Made by a program: the position numbers and the translations under genes | Notes under the pieces: generated by a model | What the model saw: only the letters and a program-made list of their open reading frames with translations | Told to the model about the DNA's origin: nothing | Database searches by the model: none | Part shown: positions 35,852 to 45,708 of the stretch, piece by piece | How positions within the stretch are numbered: position 1 is the stretch's first letter | Layout: each line of letters starts with the position of its first letter | From: a virus | Reading direction: 5' to 3' (one strand) | Virus record (IMG/VR): IMGVR_UViG_3300021432_000008 | Coordinates: 1 to 64,000 of that record | DNA length: 64,000 bases

Positions 35852-37690
35852 TTACGCGGTGCGCGTGTCGTAGCCGGTCGCGTTGACGATGCCGATGGTG
35901 TGAGTGGCACCGGCCGCGCTCATCTCGATCGTCATGGCGGTCGCGGCCGTGCCGACCCAGAAGCCATTGAGGGTGAACGGCGTGCCCACGCCGTTGGCGC
36001 CTGTGGCCAGCGCAACCCGGAAGCTCGCCAGAACAGTGCCGGCGCCCGTGGCGCCGTCGCGAAGGTTGATGATCGCGAAGTCGGCGTTGCCCGTCGCATC
36101 ACCGACGAGCTGACCGCTGATCATCGTGCAGACGTGCCGGATGTTGGCGGCACCGGCCGCCTTGCTCGCCGTGGCCTGACCGTTGGCGGCGCTCGTGTTG
36201 GTGAGCGACCATGCCGACTGGGTCGGCGCCGTCGTGACCAGCACGCCCTGACCGTCAATCAGCAGCGGACTGAGCTTGCCGTTGGACAGGTTCGGGATGG
36301 TCGTCTGATACCATCCGTAGGTGACGTCCGCGTCCATGCCGGCGGCGGAAGCAGCGCCCTGGGTCGGCGCTGCGCCGACCGCATTGACGTCCCGCTCTAC
36401 GGTAAACTGCATCATGCCGTTGGCGTCCTGGCCGGAATAGACTACCGCCAGGTCCGCCGCCAGCCCCCAGCCGCCGAAGTTGACGGGGTCGCTGCCGCGC
36501 ACCGTCTGTATGGGCGCCCGAACCTGGAGGGCGTGGGCGCCCGAACCGTTGTAGGCATTCGCCAGCGTCTGGAACGTGATCGTCTTGCCGCCGGGGTTGG
36601 TGGCGATGGCGACGGCCAGCTCCTGCTTGCTGTTGTCCTGATCGTAGATCAGGACGGGAATCGTCTGGCCGGCCGCGAGCGTGGGGGGAGTCCCTGCCGT
36701 GGTAATGGTCACGTTGTTGCCGGCGGCCACGCTCGTAACGCTGGTATCGGAGTAGCCGAACAGTCCAAAGGCGTTGCGGGCCCGCTGGTAATTCGCGCCG
36801 TCGAAGTTGTAATCGACGGCAAGCGTCGCGCCGACGCCACCCGCGAGGTCCTGCTCGCCGGAAGCGTCGCGCGGGGCGTTGAACTGGACGGGGAAAACGG
36901 CGAACGGCTGCGTGTGGTTGTTGGCCAGGTTGTCCACCACGATCGACACGCCGGCATTGACCGTGTTGACGCGAGCCCACTCCACTGCCGCGTTGGTTCC
37001 CAGCTCGATCTGGACGACGGTGCCGACCTTGATCCCGGTCGTGCTGGGAATCAGGATCGTCTTGGTGGCCCCCGCCGTCACGCTTCCGGTGGCGAACGTG
37101 GGCGGCAGGATCTGCGCCGTCATCGACAGGTCGAGTGGGATGCCGGTGCCGGGAAGCTGGTCGCCCTGATAGCCCTTGGAGCGATCCAGGTTTCCGTTGA
37201 CGTTGAGCACCTGCGGGATGCCGCCCGTGCCAATCCCATAGAAAGTGCCCAGCGCCTGGTTGTCCGTGTTGTGGAACTGCTGGACGCCGATGGCGTTGGT
37301 TCCGTCGGTGATTTGCTGGAAGCCGGCACGTCCCGCCGTGTCCATTGTCTTGGCGGTGTTGGTCCCATCGGTCAGCTTGAAAAAGCCGGCCCGCCCCGCC
37401 GCGTCCATCGACGGCTGCGTGTTGGTCCCGTCCGTCGGCATCAGGGGACGGACGACAATCGCCGTGTCGGTGGTCAGCGCTGCCGTGGATGCCGCCTTGA
37501 CGGTGGCGGTATTGGTTCCGTCCGTGATCGCAGCGAACAGCTTGCGGGACGCCGCGTCCGCCGTGGGCATGAAGTTGGCGGCCGTGGCGTCGCAGATACG
37601 GATGTTGCCCGCCTCGACGCCGGCGCCGATGTCCGTCGAGGAGAAGGTGATCACGCCGCCAGCGGTATTTGCCGTCCAGTTATTGGCCAT
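35852..37690 (-). CDS. Virion fibre/decoration protein with four TDGTN repeats
   Basis: T/A/G-rich, 612 aa; TDGTNT x3 plus TDGTNA. Confidence 0.65.
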   Translation of the reverse strand: MANNWTANTAGGVITFSSTDIGAGVEAGNIRICDATAANFMPTADAASRKLFAAITDGTNTATVKAASTAALTTDTAIVVRPLMPTDGTNTQPSMDAAGRAGFFKLTDGTNTAKTMDTAGRAGFQQITDGTNAIGVQQFHNTDNQALGTFYGIGTGGIPQVLNVNGNLDRSKGYQGDQLPGTGIPLDLSMTAQILPPTFATGSVTAGATKTILIPSTTGIKVGTVVQIELGTNAAVEWARVNTVNAGVSIVVDNLANNHTQPFAVFPVQFNAPRDASGEQDLAGGVGATLAVDYNFDGANYQRARNAFGLFGYSDTSVTSVAAGNNVTITTAGTPPTLAAGQTIPVLIYDQDNSKQELAVAIATNPGGKTITFQTLANAYNGSGAHALQVRAPIQTVRGSDPVNFGGWGLAADLAVVYSGQDANGMMQFTVERDVNAVGAAPTQGAASAAGMDADVTYGWYQTTIPNLSNGKLSPLLIDGQGVLVTTAPTQSAWSLTNTSAANGQATASKAAGAANIRHVCTMISGQLVGDATGNADFAIINLRDGATGAGTVLASFRVALATGANGVGTPFTLNGFWVGTAATAMTIEMSAAGATHTIGIVNATGYDTRTA

Positions 37691-37693
37691 GTC

Positions 37694-38092
37694 TTACCCC
37701 AGACCGAGAGCCGGGAGCAGGCCGGCGTTGAACGGGTTATTGAAGTTCAGCTGATCCACCGACTCGACCGGGGAGCCGGAGCAGTAGAACGGGCTGATGG
37801 CGGAGAGCTTGCCGACGATGCCCGAGCCACCGTCGTAGAGCGTTGCCACGATGTTGTTGCCCGGCGAGGCAACGAACGGGTCGGGAAAGTAAATCACGTT
37901 GCTGCCTATCACCAGCGTCAGGTCCTCGTCAAAGATGACCGTTGTCCCATCGGCGATCGTCAGCCTGGCTCCCGTGATCGCTCCCCCCGAATAGCTCCAG
38001 GCGAAGCCGTAGACGCCGATGCAGCGCGGCTTGGACGGCGCGGCCAGCGTGAGCACCGCGTTGGCGTGCGTCGCCGTCGCCGTCGTCGGCAT
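37694..38092 (-). CDS. Small virion protein
   Basis: GGAG RBS before MPTTATAT. Confidence 0.6.
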   Translation of the reverse strand: MPTTATATHANAVLTLAAPSKPRCIGVYGFAWSYSGGAITGARLTIADGTTVIFDEDLTLVIGSNVIYFPDPFVASPGNNIVATLYDGGSGIVGKLSAISPFYCSGSPVESVDQLNFNNPFNAGLLPALGLG

Positions 38093-38189
38093 GGTGGCGC
38101 TCCAGCCGCCGCCCTCGCGAGTGGGGGGAGGATCGAACACGGGTAGGTTCGGCCTGGCCAAGCGGAGAGCCTCCTCGTCATCGAGCGCG

Positions 38190-38229
38190 TGCCCCGCGAA
38201 CATGTGAGCGCTCGCATGCTCGCGGGGCA
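38190..38229. repeat. 40-bp near-perfect palindrome downstream of the major capsid gene
   Basis: TGCCCCGCGAACATGTGAGC|GCTCGCATGCTCGCGGGGCA, 2 mismatches. Confidence 0.85.
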
Positions 38230-38238
38230 GCGCGAGCA

Positions 38239-39315
38239 TCAGCGGCAACCAGTAAACAAAAATCCCGACTCCGGCGCCGCCAGGATCTCCTGGAACTGGT
38301 CGGTGACGTCCACGATCTCGCGGGCGTTGCGTTCCTCGGTCCACACGTACACGGCAGCCATGTACTCGTACCAGTAGAGCTGGAGCGTCGAGAAGCTGGG
38401 AGAGCCGTAGGTGCCCTCGATGCCGCCCTTGCGGGACATGAGCTGCGCCTTGGTCGAGTCGCCGATGTAAGACCGCGTCGTCGAGACGTTCGTGCCCGCG
38501 CCGACGCCAGGCTGTGGCCGGTCCGTGACGATCACGGAGTCCTCGATGATCACCTCGAAGCCGTAGAGGTACTTGGGTAGTCCCCACTTCTCACGGAACT
38601 TCTTCTCGCCTTCGAGGTTAGGCAGGGAGTACACGCCGTTCTTGAGGTAGGCATGGATCTCGCTGGAGTTCGCCATCGCCCAGGCCAGCGTGGGCACCAG
38701 CTTCAGGACGAGATCCTGCTGCTTGACCTGTGCGTTGGTTTGCTGGGTGATTTGATCCAGCGCGAAGAACAGAGAGTTCTTGATGCAGTTGTAATTCGGT
38801 GCCCCCTCCGTCCCGCTGGCCTTGTCCCAGGTGCCGCCGCCGCCCGTGATCGTGTTGACATCACCCGTGTTGCTGCCCCAGTTGGCGGGGTTCTCTAATA
38901 GCTTCGCAACCCTGTTCGTGCGGTTCGTCATGGCGATCGAGATTTGCGCCCCGACCGTGTGCTCCAGCGGCTTCCACTGGTCCTTGGCCATCGCGATCGC
39001 TTGATGGCCCAGGTACGTGCCATAGTTGCGGCGCTCAACGACGAAGGGCACCATCGCGAACTGGAGGCCGCCGAAGTTCGTTACGGGCCGCTCGGAGCCG
39101 TCCGCGAAGGCGTACTCGCTGTCGGTCACGACCCTGACGGGGGTGTCGCGGTCGATGATGAAGTAGTACGCCTGCGTACCGGGGCTCTCGATCGTCTGGC
39201 AGTAGTCCATCAGCGGGAAATCGCTCTCCTCGCGGATGTAGCTGATGGCCTGGCCTGTGGCGCGAGGCACAAATCCATTTGTACCACTGAGAAAGACCGT
39301 TGAGGGAGTGGCCAT
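38239..39315 (-). CDS. Major capsid protein (HK97 fold)
   Basis: 358 aa after protease and decoration genes; LPKYLYGFEVII; C-terminal ILAAPESGFLF. Confidence 0.85.
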   Translation of the reverse strand: MATPSTVFLSGTNGFVPRATGQAISYIREESDFPLMDYCQTIESPGTQAYYFIIDRDTPVRVVTDSEYAFADGSERPVTNFGGLQFAMVPFVVERRNYGTYLGHQAIAMAKDQWKPLEHTVGAQISIAMTNRTNRVAKLLENPANWGSNTGDVNTITGGGGTWDKASGTEGAPNYNCIKNSLFFALDQITQQTNAQVKQQDLVLKLVPTLAWAMANSSEIHAYLKNGVYSLPNLEGEKKFREKWGLPKYLYGFEVIIEDSVIVTDRPQPGVGAGTNVSTTRSYIGDSTKAQLMSRKGGIEGTYGSPSFSTLQLYWYEYMAAVYVWTEERNAREIVDVTDQFQEILAAPESGFLFTGCR

Positions 39316-39343
39316 GTCTTATATTACCTCTTTTGGACTGACC

Positions 39344-39372
39344 TTGCAAACCAATAGTTCGCGTGGTACAAT
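39344..39372 (+). promoter_or_regulatory. Strong promoter for the HNH cassette (TTGCAA-17-TACAAT, TGn-extended -10)
   Basis: Directly visible. Confidence 0.8.
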
Positions 39373-39405
39373 GACATTAGCCCCACGAACAACGGGAGTA
39401 ATCCG

Positions 39406-39921
39406 ATGGAAAAAGCTACTTGTGCTGTCTGCGAAAGGTCCTTTCCGATCTCTGCCTTCAGAAAGAGGAAGGACGTTGCGGGAAGTATCGATCCCAGGTG
39501 CAAGGAGTGCGAGGCAAAGAGGCGCCGCGAATACTACGCCAGTGGCGCTGGGTCGTACCCGCAGGCGCGAGCAATTGCCAAGAGGACCAGGCGTGACTTC
39601 ACCCTGACAAAAGAGGAGTACGACGCTCTTCGTACATTGCCCTGTCACTACTGCGGCTGGCCGACCCTTTCGCTGGGAATTGGGCTCGACCGGCTTGAAC
39701 TTGACGGCGACTACACGCCAGACAATGTGGTGTCCTGCTGTGTTGAGTGCAACTTCATGCGGGGTAACACCTTCACCCCCGACGAGATGAAGCGACACAT
39801 CGGCCCGGCAATCGCTCTCATCAAGGAACGCCGCAAGGCAAAGGGAATCGCTACTCCGGCTGAGTGTCACGCCGAGCAATCTGCCAAGCGTGGCCGCCCC
39901 CGCAAGTACACGGAGGAATGA
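39406..39921 (+). CDS. His-Me finger (HNH-like) endonuclease with Zn finger and AT-hook
   Basis: CHYCG...GLDRLELDGDYTPDNVVSCCVECN; RGRPRKY. Confidence 0.85.
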   Translation: MEKATCAVCERSFPISAFRKRKDVAGSIDPRCKECEAKRRREYYASGAGSYPQARAIAKRTRRDFTLTKEEYDALRTLPCHYCGWPTLSLGIGLDRLELDGDYTPDNVVSCCVECNFMRGNTFTPDEMKRHIGPAIALIKERRKAKGIATPAECHAEQSAKRGRPRKYTEE

Positions 39922-39924
39922 TTC

Positions 39925-40626
39925 ATGGAAACCCGCCGCTGTCCGCGATGCCGTCGAACTTCGGAAGAAGTCGCCTTCGGCATTGACCGAAGCCACAAGG
40001 ATAGCCTGACCACGTATTGCCGTGAGTGCGCTGCTGAGAAGGCACATTTGCAACGGCTCGGTCTTGCGTCCCCACTTCGTGGCAGGCCGCGTCTCTTTAC
40101 GGAGACGACTGCTACCTGTTCGCGGTGCCGTCGCGATTTGCCAAGATCGGAGTTTGGGAGAGGAAGTCAGGCAAAGGCTATCCGCGGATGCGACACCTAC
40201 TGCCGTGCCTGTACTGCTGCCAAGCACGCGGATCAAATCCGTACTCCGCGCGGACTCTTCTCCGGTGCCCGCCATATCGCCAAGGCTCGCGGCATCGCGT
40301 GGTTGCTCACCCGTGAGGAGTACGACGCGCTCCGCTTGCTCAGCTGCCACTATTGCGCCGGTCCCCTGCCGAAGTCGGGCGTCGGCCTGGACAGGAAAGA
40401 CAACAAGGGAGCCTATGACACCGGCAACGTCGTCCCCTGTTGCACGGCCTGCAACCTGTCGCGCAACACCCTCTGCTCGCCGGAGGAAATGCTGATCGTC
40501 GGTCGGGCAATTGCCGCCGTGTGGACGGAGCGCACCGCGCAGGGCATCCCGTGCGGTCCCGTCCGCGGCTGGGGTGCCGGCGCACCACGCAAGTACCAGC
40601 AGTATCCCGAGAAGGTTGCCCACTGA
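39925..40626 (+). CDS. His-Me finger (HNH-like) endonuclease, paralog with two Zn fingers
   Basis: CHYCAG...GLDRKDNKGAYDTGNVVPCCTACN; RGRPR. Confidence 0.85.
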   Translation: METRRCPRCRRTSEEVAFGIDRSHKDSLTTYCRECAAEKAHLQRLGLASPLRGRPRLFTETTATCSRCRRDLPRSEFGRGSQAKAIRGCDTYCRACTAAKHADQIRTPRGLFSGARHIAKARGIAWLLTREEYDALRLLSCHYCAGPLPKSGVGLDRKDNKGAYDTGNVVPCCTACNLSRNTLCSPEEMLIVGRAIAAVWTERTAQGIPCGPVRGWGAGAPRKYQQYPEKVAH

Positions 40627-40636
40627 ACCCCATCTC

Positions 40637-41032
40637 CTAAAGCTGCTGCGGCATGATCTTGACTTCCACGAGGTATCCCAGCCCCGGCGAGGCGTCGATC
40701 GACTCACCGATGCAATACTGGCCGGCTGTCGCGGCAACGGCGCGGCCGCTGCTGTCCGTCGTCAGCATCACGCCGGCGTTGAAAGCGGCGCCTGTGAGAA
40801 CCTGACACGTATCAGGCGCCGTGAAGACGTTGAGCGTGCCGCCCGCGATGGCCGCGAAGCCGTCGTTGAGGACGCCGAAAGGCGCGTTGCGCGTGCCGGC
40901 CTGAGCGATGCCGTACAGCGGATTGGCCGTGGCGCTCGACGCCTGGAGAACCTGATTGGCCGTCTTGGACGTGTCGAGAATCAGGACCGTCGATGGGGTG
41001 ATATTCCCGCTTGCCACCGCTCCACGACTCAT
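40637..41032 (-). CDS. Capsid decoration/cement protein (DUF2190-like)
   Basis: GAAFNAGVMLTTDSSGRAVAATAGQYCIGES; GGAGGT RBS. Confidence 0.75.
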   Translation of the reverse strand: MSRGAVASGNITPSTVLILDTSKTANQVLQASSATANPLYGIAQAGTRNAPFGVLNDGFAAIAGGTLNVFTAPDTCQVLTGAAFNAGVMLTTDSSGRAVAATAGQYCIGESIDASPGLGYLVEVKIMPQQL

Positions 41033-41074
41033 CTTGCACCTCCGTAGTATCAAAAGGACGATCGCGCGGAGCGA

Positions 41075-41872
41075 TCAAGGCCGGCGATATTCCCCGGCAA
41101 TCAGGTCGAAGAACCCGGTCGCGGTGACGTTGTCGGACAGAACGAGGATGGGGTCGCCTGGGTGGAGCGACTCGAAGCCGCTCTGGAAGTCGTCGCCCAG
41201 CAGGTTGATGCGGTTCGTGCTCGCCGTGGGCTTCGTGTTCCAGTGCGCCAGCCCGGTGGCGGGGTCCTTGCTCGTCTTGAGCCCGAAGAGGTACATGACC
41301 GTCCCCTTGGGCAGCTTGCTCGTTGCCGTACCTGCTGGGATGTTGGTGTTCATCGTCAGCGCCAGCGTGGCCACGCTGGCCACCGTGTCGGAGAACCACG
41401 TCCCGTCCTGGAGCTGATAGGCGACGTAGTGGTTCGCGGCGATGCCGGTATCGGTCACCTGGCAGGGAGCCACGCCGCCCTGACCGCCCGAGCCGCCCAC
41501 GACGCTCGACGCGATACCGCCCGGCGTGGGGTACTTGTAGTTGGTCGAGTAGATGCCGGGGTCGTCGGTGATGTTGATGACCGTCTGACCCGTGGCGGCA
41601 TCAGCCGACGTCGTGGTCCAGTTGAGCGGGCGCATCAGGTAGATCGTGTGCGCGCCGGCGCCGACTGAGTAGATCAGGTGGTCAATGTGGGTCCACGCCG
41701 CCGCGTTCTTCGTCGCCATGCTCAGGCGGAATTTGCCGTCGGCGCTGTAGATGGCCGGTCCCCCGGCTGCTCCCGGCGACGGCGGAACCAGGGCAGTGAT
41801 GACCGTTCCGAACCCCACGGTGAATCCGCCAAGCGAGAACCGCGGATTGCGGGCCGACAGTGCTTCCGACAT
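41075..41872 (-). CDS. Virion structural protein
   Basis: GGAGG RBS; head-operon position. Confidence 0.6.
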   Translation of the reverse strand: MSEALSARNPRFSLGGFTVGFGTVITALVPPSPGAAGGPAIYSADGKFRLSMATKNAAAWTHIDHLIYSVGAGAHTIYLMRPLNWTTTSADAATGQTVINITDDPGIYSTNYKYPTPGGIASSVVGGSGGQGGVAPCQVTDTGIAANHYVAYQLQDGTWFSDTVASVATLALTMNTNIPAGTATSKLPKGTVMYLFGLKTSKDPATGLAHWNTKPTASTNRINLLGDDFQSGFESLHPGDPILVLSDNVTATGFFDLIAGEYRRP

Positions 41873-41933
41873 GGAGGAACCTCCTGGGAGTCTTCAGATC
41901 ATCCACCATCGAGCGCCACCCCTATCGCCGCGA

Positions 41934-41961
41934 GCATGCGAGCACGTGAGTGCTCGCATGC
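41934..41961. repeat. Perfect 12-bp stem with 4-nt loop
   Basis: GCATGCGAGCAC-GTGA-GTGCTCGCATGC. Confidence 0.85.
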
Positions 41962-41968
41962 GAGTTGG

Positions 41969-42409
41969 TCAGGCGGCCAGTTTGACGAGGATGGCGGTGA
42001 TGGCCTCGATGGCATGTTCGGCCAGGGCGATCCAGCCGTCGTGCGTGTCGGGCGGCGTTGCGTCCTGTCCGGTCATGCCCGACAGGAGGTCGCCGGTGCC
42101 CGCCTTGTCCGCCTCCTCGTGGGCGCGCTTGATCAGTCCCGCGACACAGGTCGCGGTGCCGGCAACATTCTCCCTGGAGATCGTGTTGCGCTCGCTCACG
42201 AGCATCTGAAGCTCTCTGCGGGTCTTTTGCAAAGCATGAAAGGCGAGCCCCTTGGCGCTGGCCTTCACGTGCTTCTCGTGCTTCTCGTGCTTATGGTGCT
42301 CGGCGGCTTCCGCCTTCGCTTCCGCGGCTTCCGCCTTGGCCTCGGCCTTCGCTTCGGCTTTCGCCTCCGCCGCCTCCGCCGCTTCCGCCTTATCCTTTGC
42401 AGTCGTCAT
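41969..42409 (-). CDS. Hypothetical protein with AEAK and HEK repeats
   Basis: AEAAEAKAEAKAEAKAE...HHKHEKHEKH. Confidence 0.65.
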   Translation of the reverse strand: MTTAKDKAEAAEAAEAKAEAKAEAKAEAAEAKAEAAEHHKHEKHEKHVKASAKGLAFHALQKTRRELQMLVSERNTISRENVAGTATCVAGLIKRAHEEADKAGTGDLLSGMTGQDATPPDTHDGWIALAEHAIEAITAILVKLAA

Positions 42410-42487
42410 GGTCGTCTCTTCCTGGTTTGTGTGCGTGCCGTCATCGAGCGCGTGCCCTTCCGCATCCTGCGGGCAGCGCGGGTAAGG

Positions 42488-43954
42488 TCATCCGCGGATC
42501 TGAGAGCCGTTGGCTCTGCCAGCTGCGAAGCCGCGCGAGTTGACGCCGTTGCCGACGTTGTCGCTGGCCGTGGCGACGCCGCTCACCTGGGCACCGTTCT
42601 TGACCGCCTCGACGGCCTTCTGCCAGTTCGTCTCACCGGTGTCCTTCATGTACTGGAGGACGCGGGCATCCTGGTTCTGCTGGGAGTCGCGGCTGTTCTG
42701 GAGGGGAGGCGAAGCGGCGAGACGGACCCGGCCTGTCGGGCGCGTCAGGTCGCCGCGGAGGACCTCGTTCTGCTCCTCGATGAGTTCGGCCGCGTACTGC
42801 TTGCAGCCGGCATCGCCAGACTCGCGGAAGACGCGAGCGAACCTCTGCACTTCCTTCTGGGCCCGCTTGTCGCTCAGGATGAGGCCGTTCCCGGTCAGTC
42901 CCAGGACGTAGTTCTCGCCCACGCGAACGGCCTCGCGCTGCCTCATCTCCTCGACTTCCTGCTGGAGCTTCTGGTACTGGAGCGATCCAGCATCGCCGCC
43001 GCGATAACGGTTAACATCCCCCGCGATGCGACCGTACTCATCGCGCTTCGACGGCTGCGGCAGCGTGCTGTTCGTGCCCGAGAGCATCGTCGATGCCGCG
43101 TTCTGGATGGGCTCCGCCGTGGCGTCGGGCGCTGCCAGGGGCGGCTCTCCAACGCCCGGCATGGCGGCGTCCTGCATCTCGTAGTGCCGGGCGAACTTCT
43201 TCGCCAGCGGATGAGACATGCAGTGCCGCATGAACTGAACGTGCTCCTCGGGCGTCGGCGGTACGTCGTCGGTCCCCGCCATCGGCGCGTCGAGTCCGGG
43301 CGTGGGCGAAGTCGTCACGCTGGTGTCCATGTCGTTCGCCATTGTGTTCTCCATCGCGTATCGGAGGACCGGTTGCCCGGCCCGTGAAAATCGCCAGACG
43401 CTTGTGCCCAGCGCGCTTGCGCCGTCGCTGCCATACACACGGCTGTAGATCCACTGACCCACGTCTCTTTGCGGCGTGCGGCGGAGGAAGCTGACGGGGT
43501 GTATCGTGTCGTCCTCTGGCCACAGCTCGATCGACGTGTGCGGGTAGGTAGTCGCTTCGGGGTAGTCGCTCTTGCGGATGTAGTGGTCCGCGTAGAGCAT
43601 GTGCTTCTTGCGCACGGGGTCGTAGTCAACCGTGAAGTTCAGTTCGTAGCCCCGTCCGATGGGCTGCTTCCGTTCGTCGGGCTCGCGCGGGTTGGTGTGG
43701 CCGAAGGTGATCGGCGACATATCTCCCGTGCGCGTCCGCTCGTTGTTGTGCGCCGCGATCTTCTCCAGCCGCGCCTTGTCGAACTTCTGCACCACCCGCT
43801 TCGCGCCGGGCGTGCCCTCCGGCACCATCTGCCCGGTGTGCGGGTCGGTCCAGTACACGTCCTCGTGCTCGTCGAAGATGGCTTTCTTCGGCACCCGGAC
43901 GTACTTAGCGGGGTCCTTCAAATCGGTCAGCAGGTCGTGGAATGTCGCACTCAC
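42488..43954 (-). CDS. Prohead protease-scaffold (Mu gpI/Z-like)
   Basis: PITFGHT, YPHTSIEL, VSFLRRTP in the N-half; charged helical C-half. Confidence 0.75.
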   Translation of the reverse strand: MSATFHDLLTDLKDPAKYVRVPKKAIFDEHEDVYWTDPHTGQMVPEGTPGAKRVVQKFDKARLEKIAAHNNERTRTGDMSPITFGHTNPREPDERKQPIGRGYELNFTVDYDPVRKKHMLYADHYIRKSDYPEATTYPHTSIELWPEDDTIHPVSFLRRTPQRDVGQWIYSRVYGSDGASALGTSVWRFSRAGQPVLRYAMENTMANDMDTSVTTSPTPGLDAPMAGTDDVPPTPEEHVQFMRHCMSHPLAKKFARHYEMQDAAMPGVGEPPLAAPDATAEPIQNAASTMLSGTNSTLPQPSKRDEYGRIAGDVNRYRGGDAGSLQYQKLQQEVEEMRQREAVRVGENYVLGLTGNGLILSDKRAQKEVQRFARVFRESGDAGCKQYAAELIEEQNEVLRGDLTRPTGRVRLAASPPLQNSRDSQQNQDARVLQYMKDTGETNWQKAVEAVKNGAQVSGVATASDNVGNGVNSRGFAAGRANGSQIRG

Positions 43955-44096
43955 GTAGTCAAGCGTAGTCGCGACATTGCGGAGCGTGCAAGGGGAGAAA
44001 ACGACGTAAAGTGAATAAAGGCAATGGTTTACGTCTTAGGCTATCTGAGGTAGTCAGAGATTGTCTCAGGTGAGAAACGGCGGTAGAATGAAGGAC

Positions 44097-44534
44097 ATGA
44101 GCAAGAGAAACACGAGCCAACTCAAAAAGATGGGCCTGCCGGACACCTTGTTCGGTTTGCCGGTTATTGTTAGCGAAGGTAGCCGCATGAGCCGCACACG
44201 TCTCCCCATCAAGATCATCATTTGCATCCGCCTGGACTCGGGGACGGTGCGGGCGTTAGACCGCATCCGCACCGGGATGGCGATACCGCCTTCACGGTCG
44301 GCCCTGGCGAGCATGGTGCTGGCAGAGGTCGTGGAGGCCGGCCGGTTGCCCTCCTCGCCACCGAGTTGGAACGGCCATCGACCATCCCGCAAGGCGCACA
44401 CAAGTCTCGTGGTCCCGTCCGCCGTACTGTCCGGCATCGACCGGCTCTGCGCGGCGGCGCGACCGCGGCTGACGCGAGGGCAGGTCGTCAGCACGGCGCT
44501 GGCGGCGTGGGTGGAGAAGCAGGGAGAGGAGTGA
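44097..44534 (+). CDS. Tandem RHH-domain regulator, probably leaderless
   Basis: ICIRLDSGTVRALDRI...SRSALA; TSLVVPSAVLSGIDRL...TRGQVV; TTGTCT-17-TAGAAT promoter at 44061-44089. Confidence 0.7.
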   Translation: MSKRNTSQLKKMGLPDTLFGLPVIVSEGSRMSRTRLPIKIIICIRLDSGTVRALDRIRTGMAIPPSRSALASMVLAEVVEAGRLPSSPPSWNGHRPSRKAHTSLVVPSAVLSGIDRLCAAARPRLTRGQVVSTALAAWVEKQGEE

Positions 44535-44854
44535 TCCGATGGCGAGCGAAGTGACATGCCAGGCGACTGTCCGCATCAGCATCCCCAACCCCCTGCCCGA
44601 CCGGGGAATACGATATTGGGCATGGCGAGTTCCTTTCCAGACAGGTGACGGCGACGCTCTCTCCCGCCAACCTTGTGCTGGAGAACGTCGTGCTGGAGTT
44701 GGCGTTCCCCGGCGACACGAAAAGGATCGTCCTGAAGAGGCTCAGGATCACGAGCATCAAGGGTGTTCTGGAGCCGGTATGCGACGGTGAGAGGGTACAG
44801 TTTTTCGAGATCGAGCGAGAGCCGAGCCCGGATGCCGTGGTGGGAGGTTAACCG

Positions 44855-45118
44855 ATGATCGACGCTTGGATCGTGGTTCGCAGTGACCGGCACACCGACG
44901 ACGAGTATTGGGCGTGTCTTGATCGAGACGACGCACTCCAGATCGCACGGAACGCGGTTGCCGAGTCACAGAGGCACTACCGGCACGCTGGCGACGTTTA
45001 CAACGAATGCCACGGTGACAACATTTTCATGCACCAGCAGGAGGATCAGTTCTCCGTGTGGGTCGAGCCGATCAAGGTTCGCGGCAAGGGAGAAGTGGGA
45101 GAGGAGCAGACGCCATGA
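44855..45118 (+). CDS. Hypothetical protein
   Basis: GGAGG RBS. Confidence 0.6.
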   Translation: MIDAWIVVRSDRHTDDEYWACLDRDDALQIARNAVAESQRHYRHAGDVYNECHGDNIFMHQQEDQFSVWVEPIKVRGKGEVGEEQTP

Positions 45119-45495
45119 AAGACAAGGTTGAACTTGACACTCCCCGCAATGAGGCGATCATCACCTACTTTGACCAGCAGGCGAAGGTGGCTTGCGATCG
45201 TCGCTGCGAGAAGGCATGGGGCATCAACAATCGTCCCAGCGTGCAGCTGTCCGACGACGAGGACGACTTCGCCTATCTTGCCGACGACGAACTGGGGCTT
45301 GCTCCCGTCAATCCGGGCTCCTACGAGGGCGGGCATGCCAAGCCGCACAGTCCGGATGAGTTCCCCAACAAATGGTGCGTGCGCGAATGCGAGCGGTGTT
45401 CCATGTCGCAGCCGGGAGAATACATGCTGCCGCTGAGGCTGAAACGGTTCGACAAGAGGGAATACAACATCCCCGCATCGGAGCCGACGACATGA
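45115..45495 (+). CDS. Cys-containing hypothetical protein
   Basis: CDRRCEKAWGINNRP...NKWCVRECERC. Confidence 0.65.
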   Translation: MKDKVELDTPRNEAIITYFDQQAKVACDRRCEKAWGINNRPSVQLSDDEDDFAYLADDELGLAPVNPGSYEGGHAKPHSPDEFPNKWCVRECERCSMSQPGEYMLPLRLKRFDKREYNIPASEPTT

Positions 45496-45707
45496 GCAGA
45501 CTCACTTCCACTGGCCCCATGACCGTCTCATGCAACGGCATCCTTCTGTGCGAATGCGAGAGCGTCGAGGTTGAGCGTCCGGCCGAAGACGGCGTGTTCC
45601 TGACGCCCGATGGCCAGTACGCCATCGTCGTTCAGGGCAACTTCCACATGACGAAGGCGAACCGGCGGGCGATGAGGCGGATTCAGAACGACCGACTGGA
45701 GACGTAG
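45492..45707 (+). CDS. Hypothetical protein
   Basis: ATGA coupling. Confidence 0.5.
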   Translation: MSRLTSTGPMTVSCNGILLCECESVEVERPAEDGVFLTPDGQYAIVVQGNFHMTKANRRAMRRIQNDRLET

Positions 45708-45708
45708 C

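Noticed and set aside
35840-38146. Long plus-strand ORFs opposite structural genes (also 21396, 34315, 41678, 49412, 54907, 56842, 60767)
   Set aside because: Antisense shadows typical of high-GC coding DNA; no RBS or motifs
39319-40636. Group I intron or intein around the HNH genes
   Set aside because: The HNH genes are intergenic and antisense, and both flanking genes are intact
42270-42390. Short tandem DNA repeats (also 37290-37520)
   Set aside because: They encode AEAK/HEK and TDGTN peptide repeats and have no spacer structure
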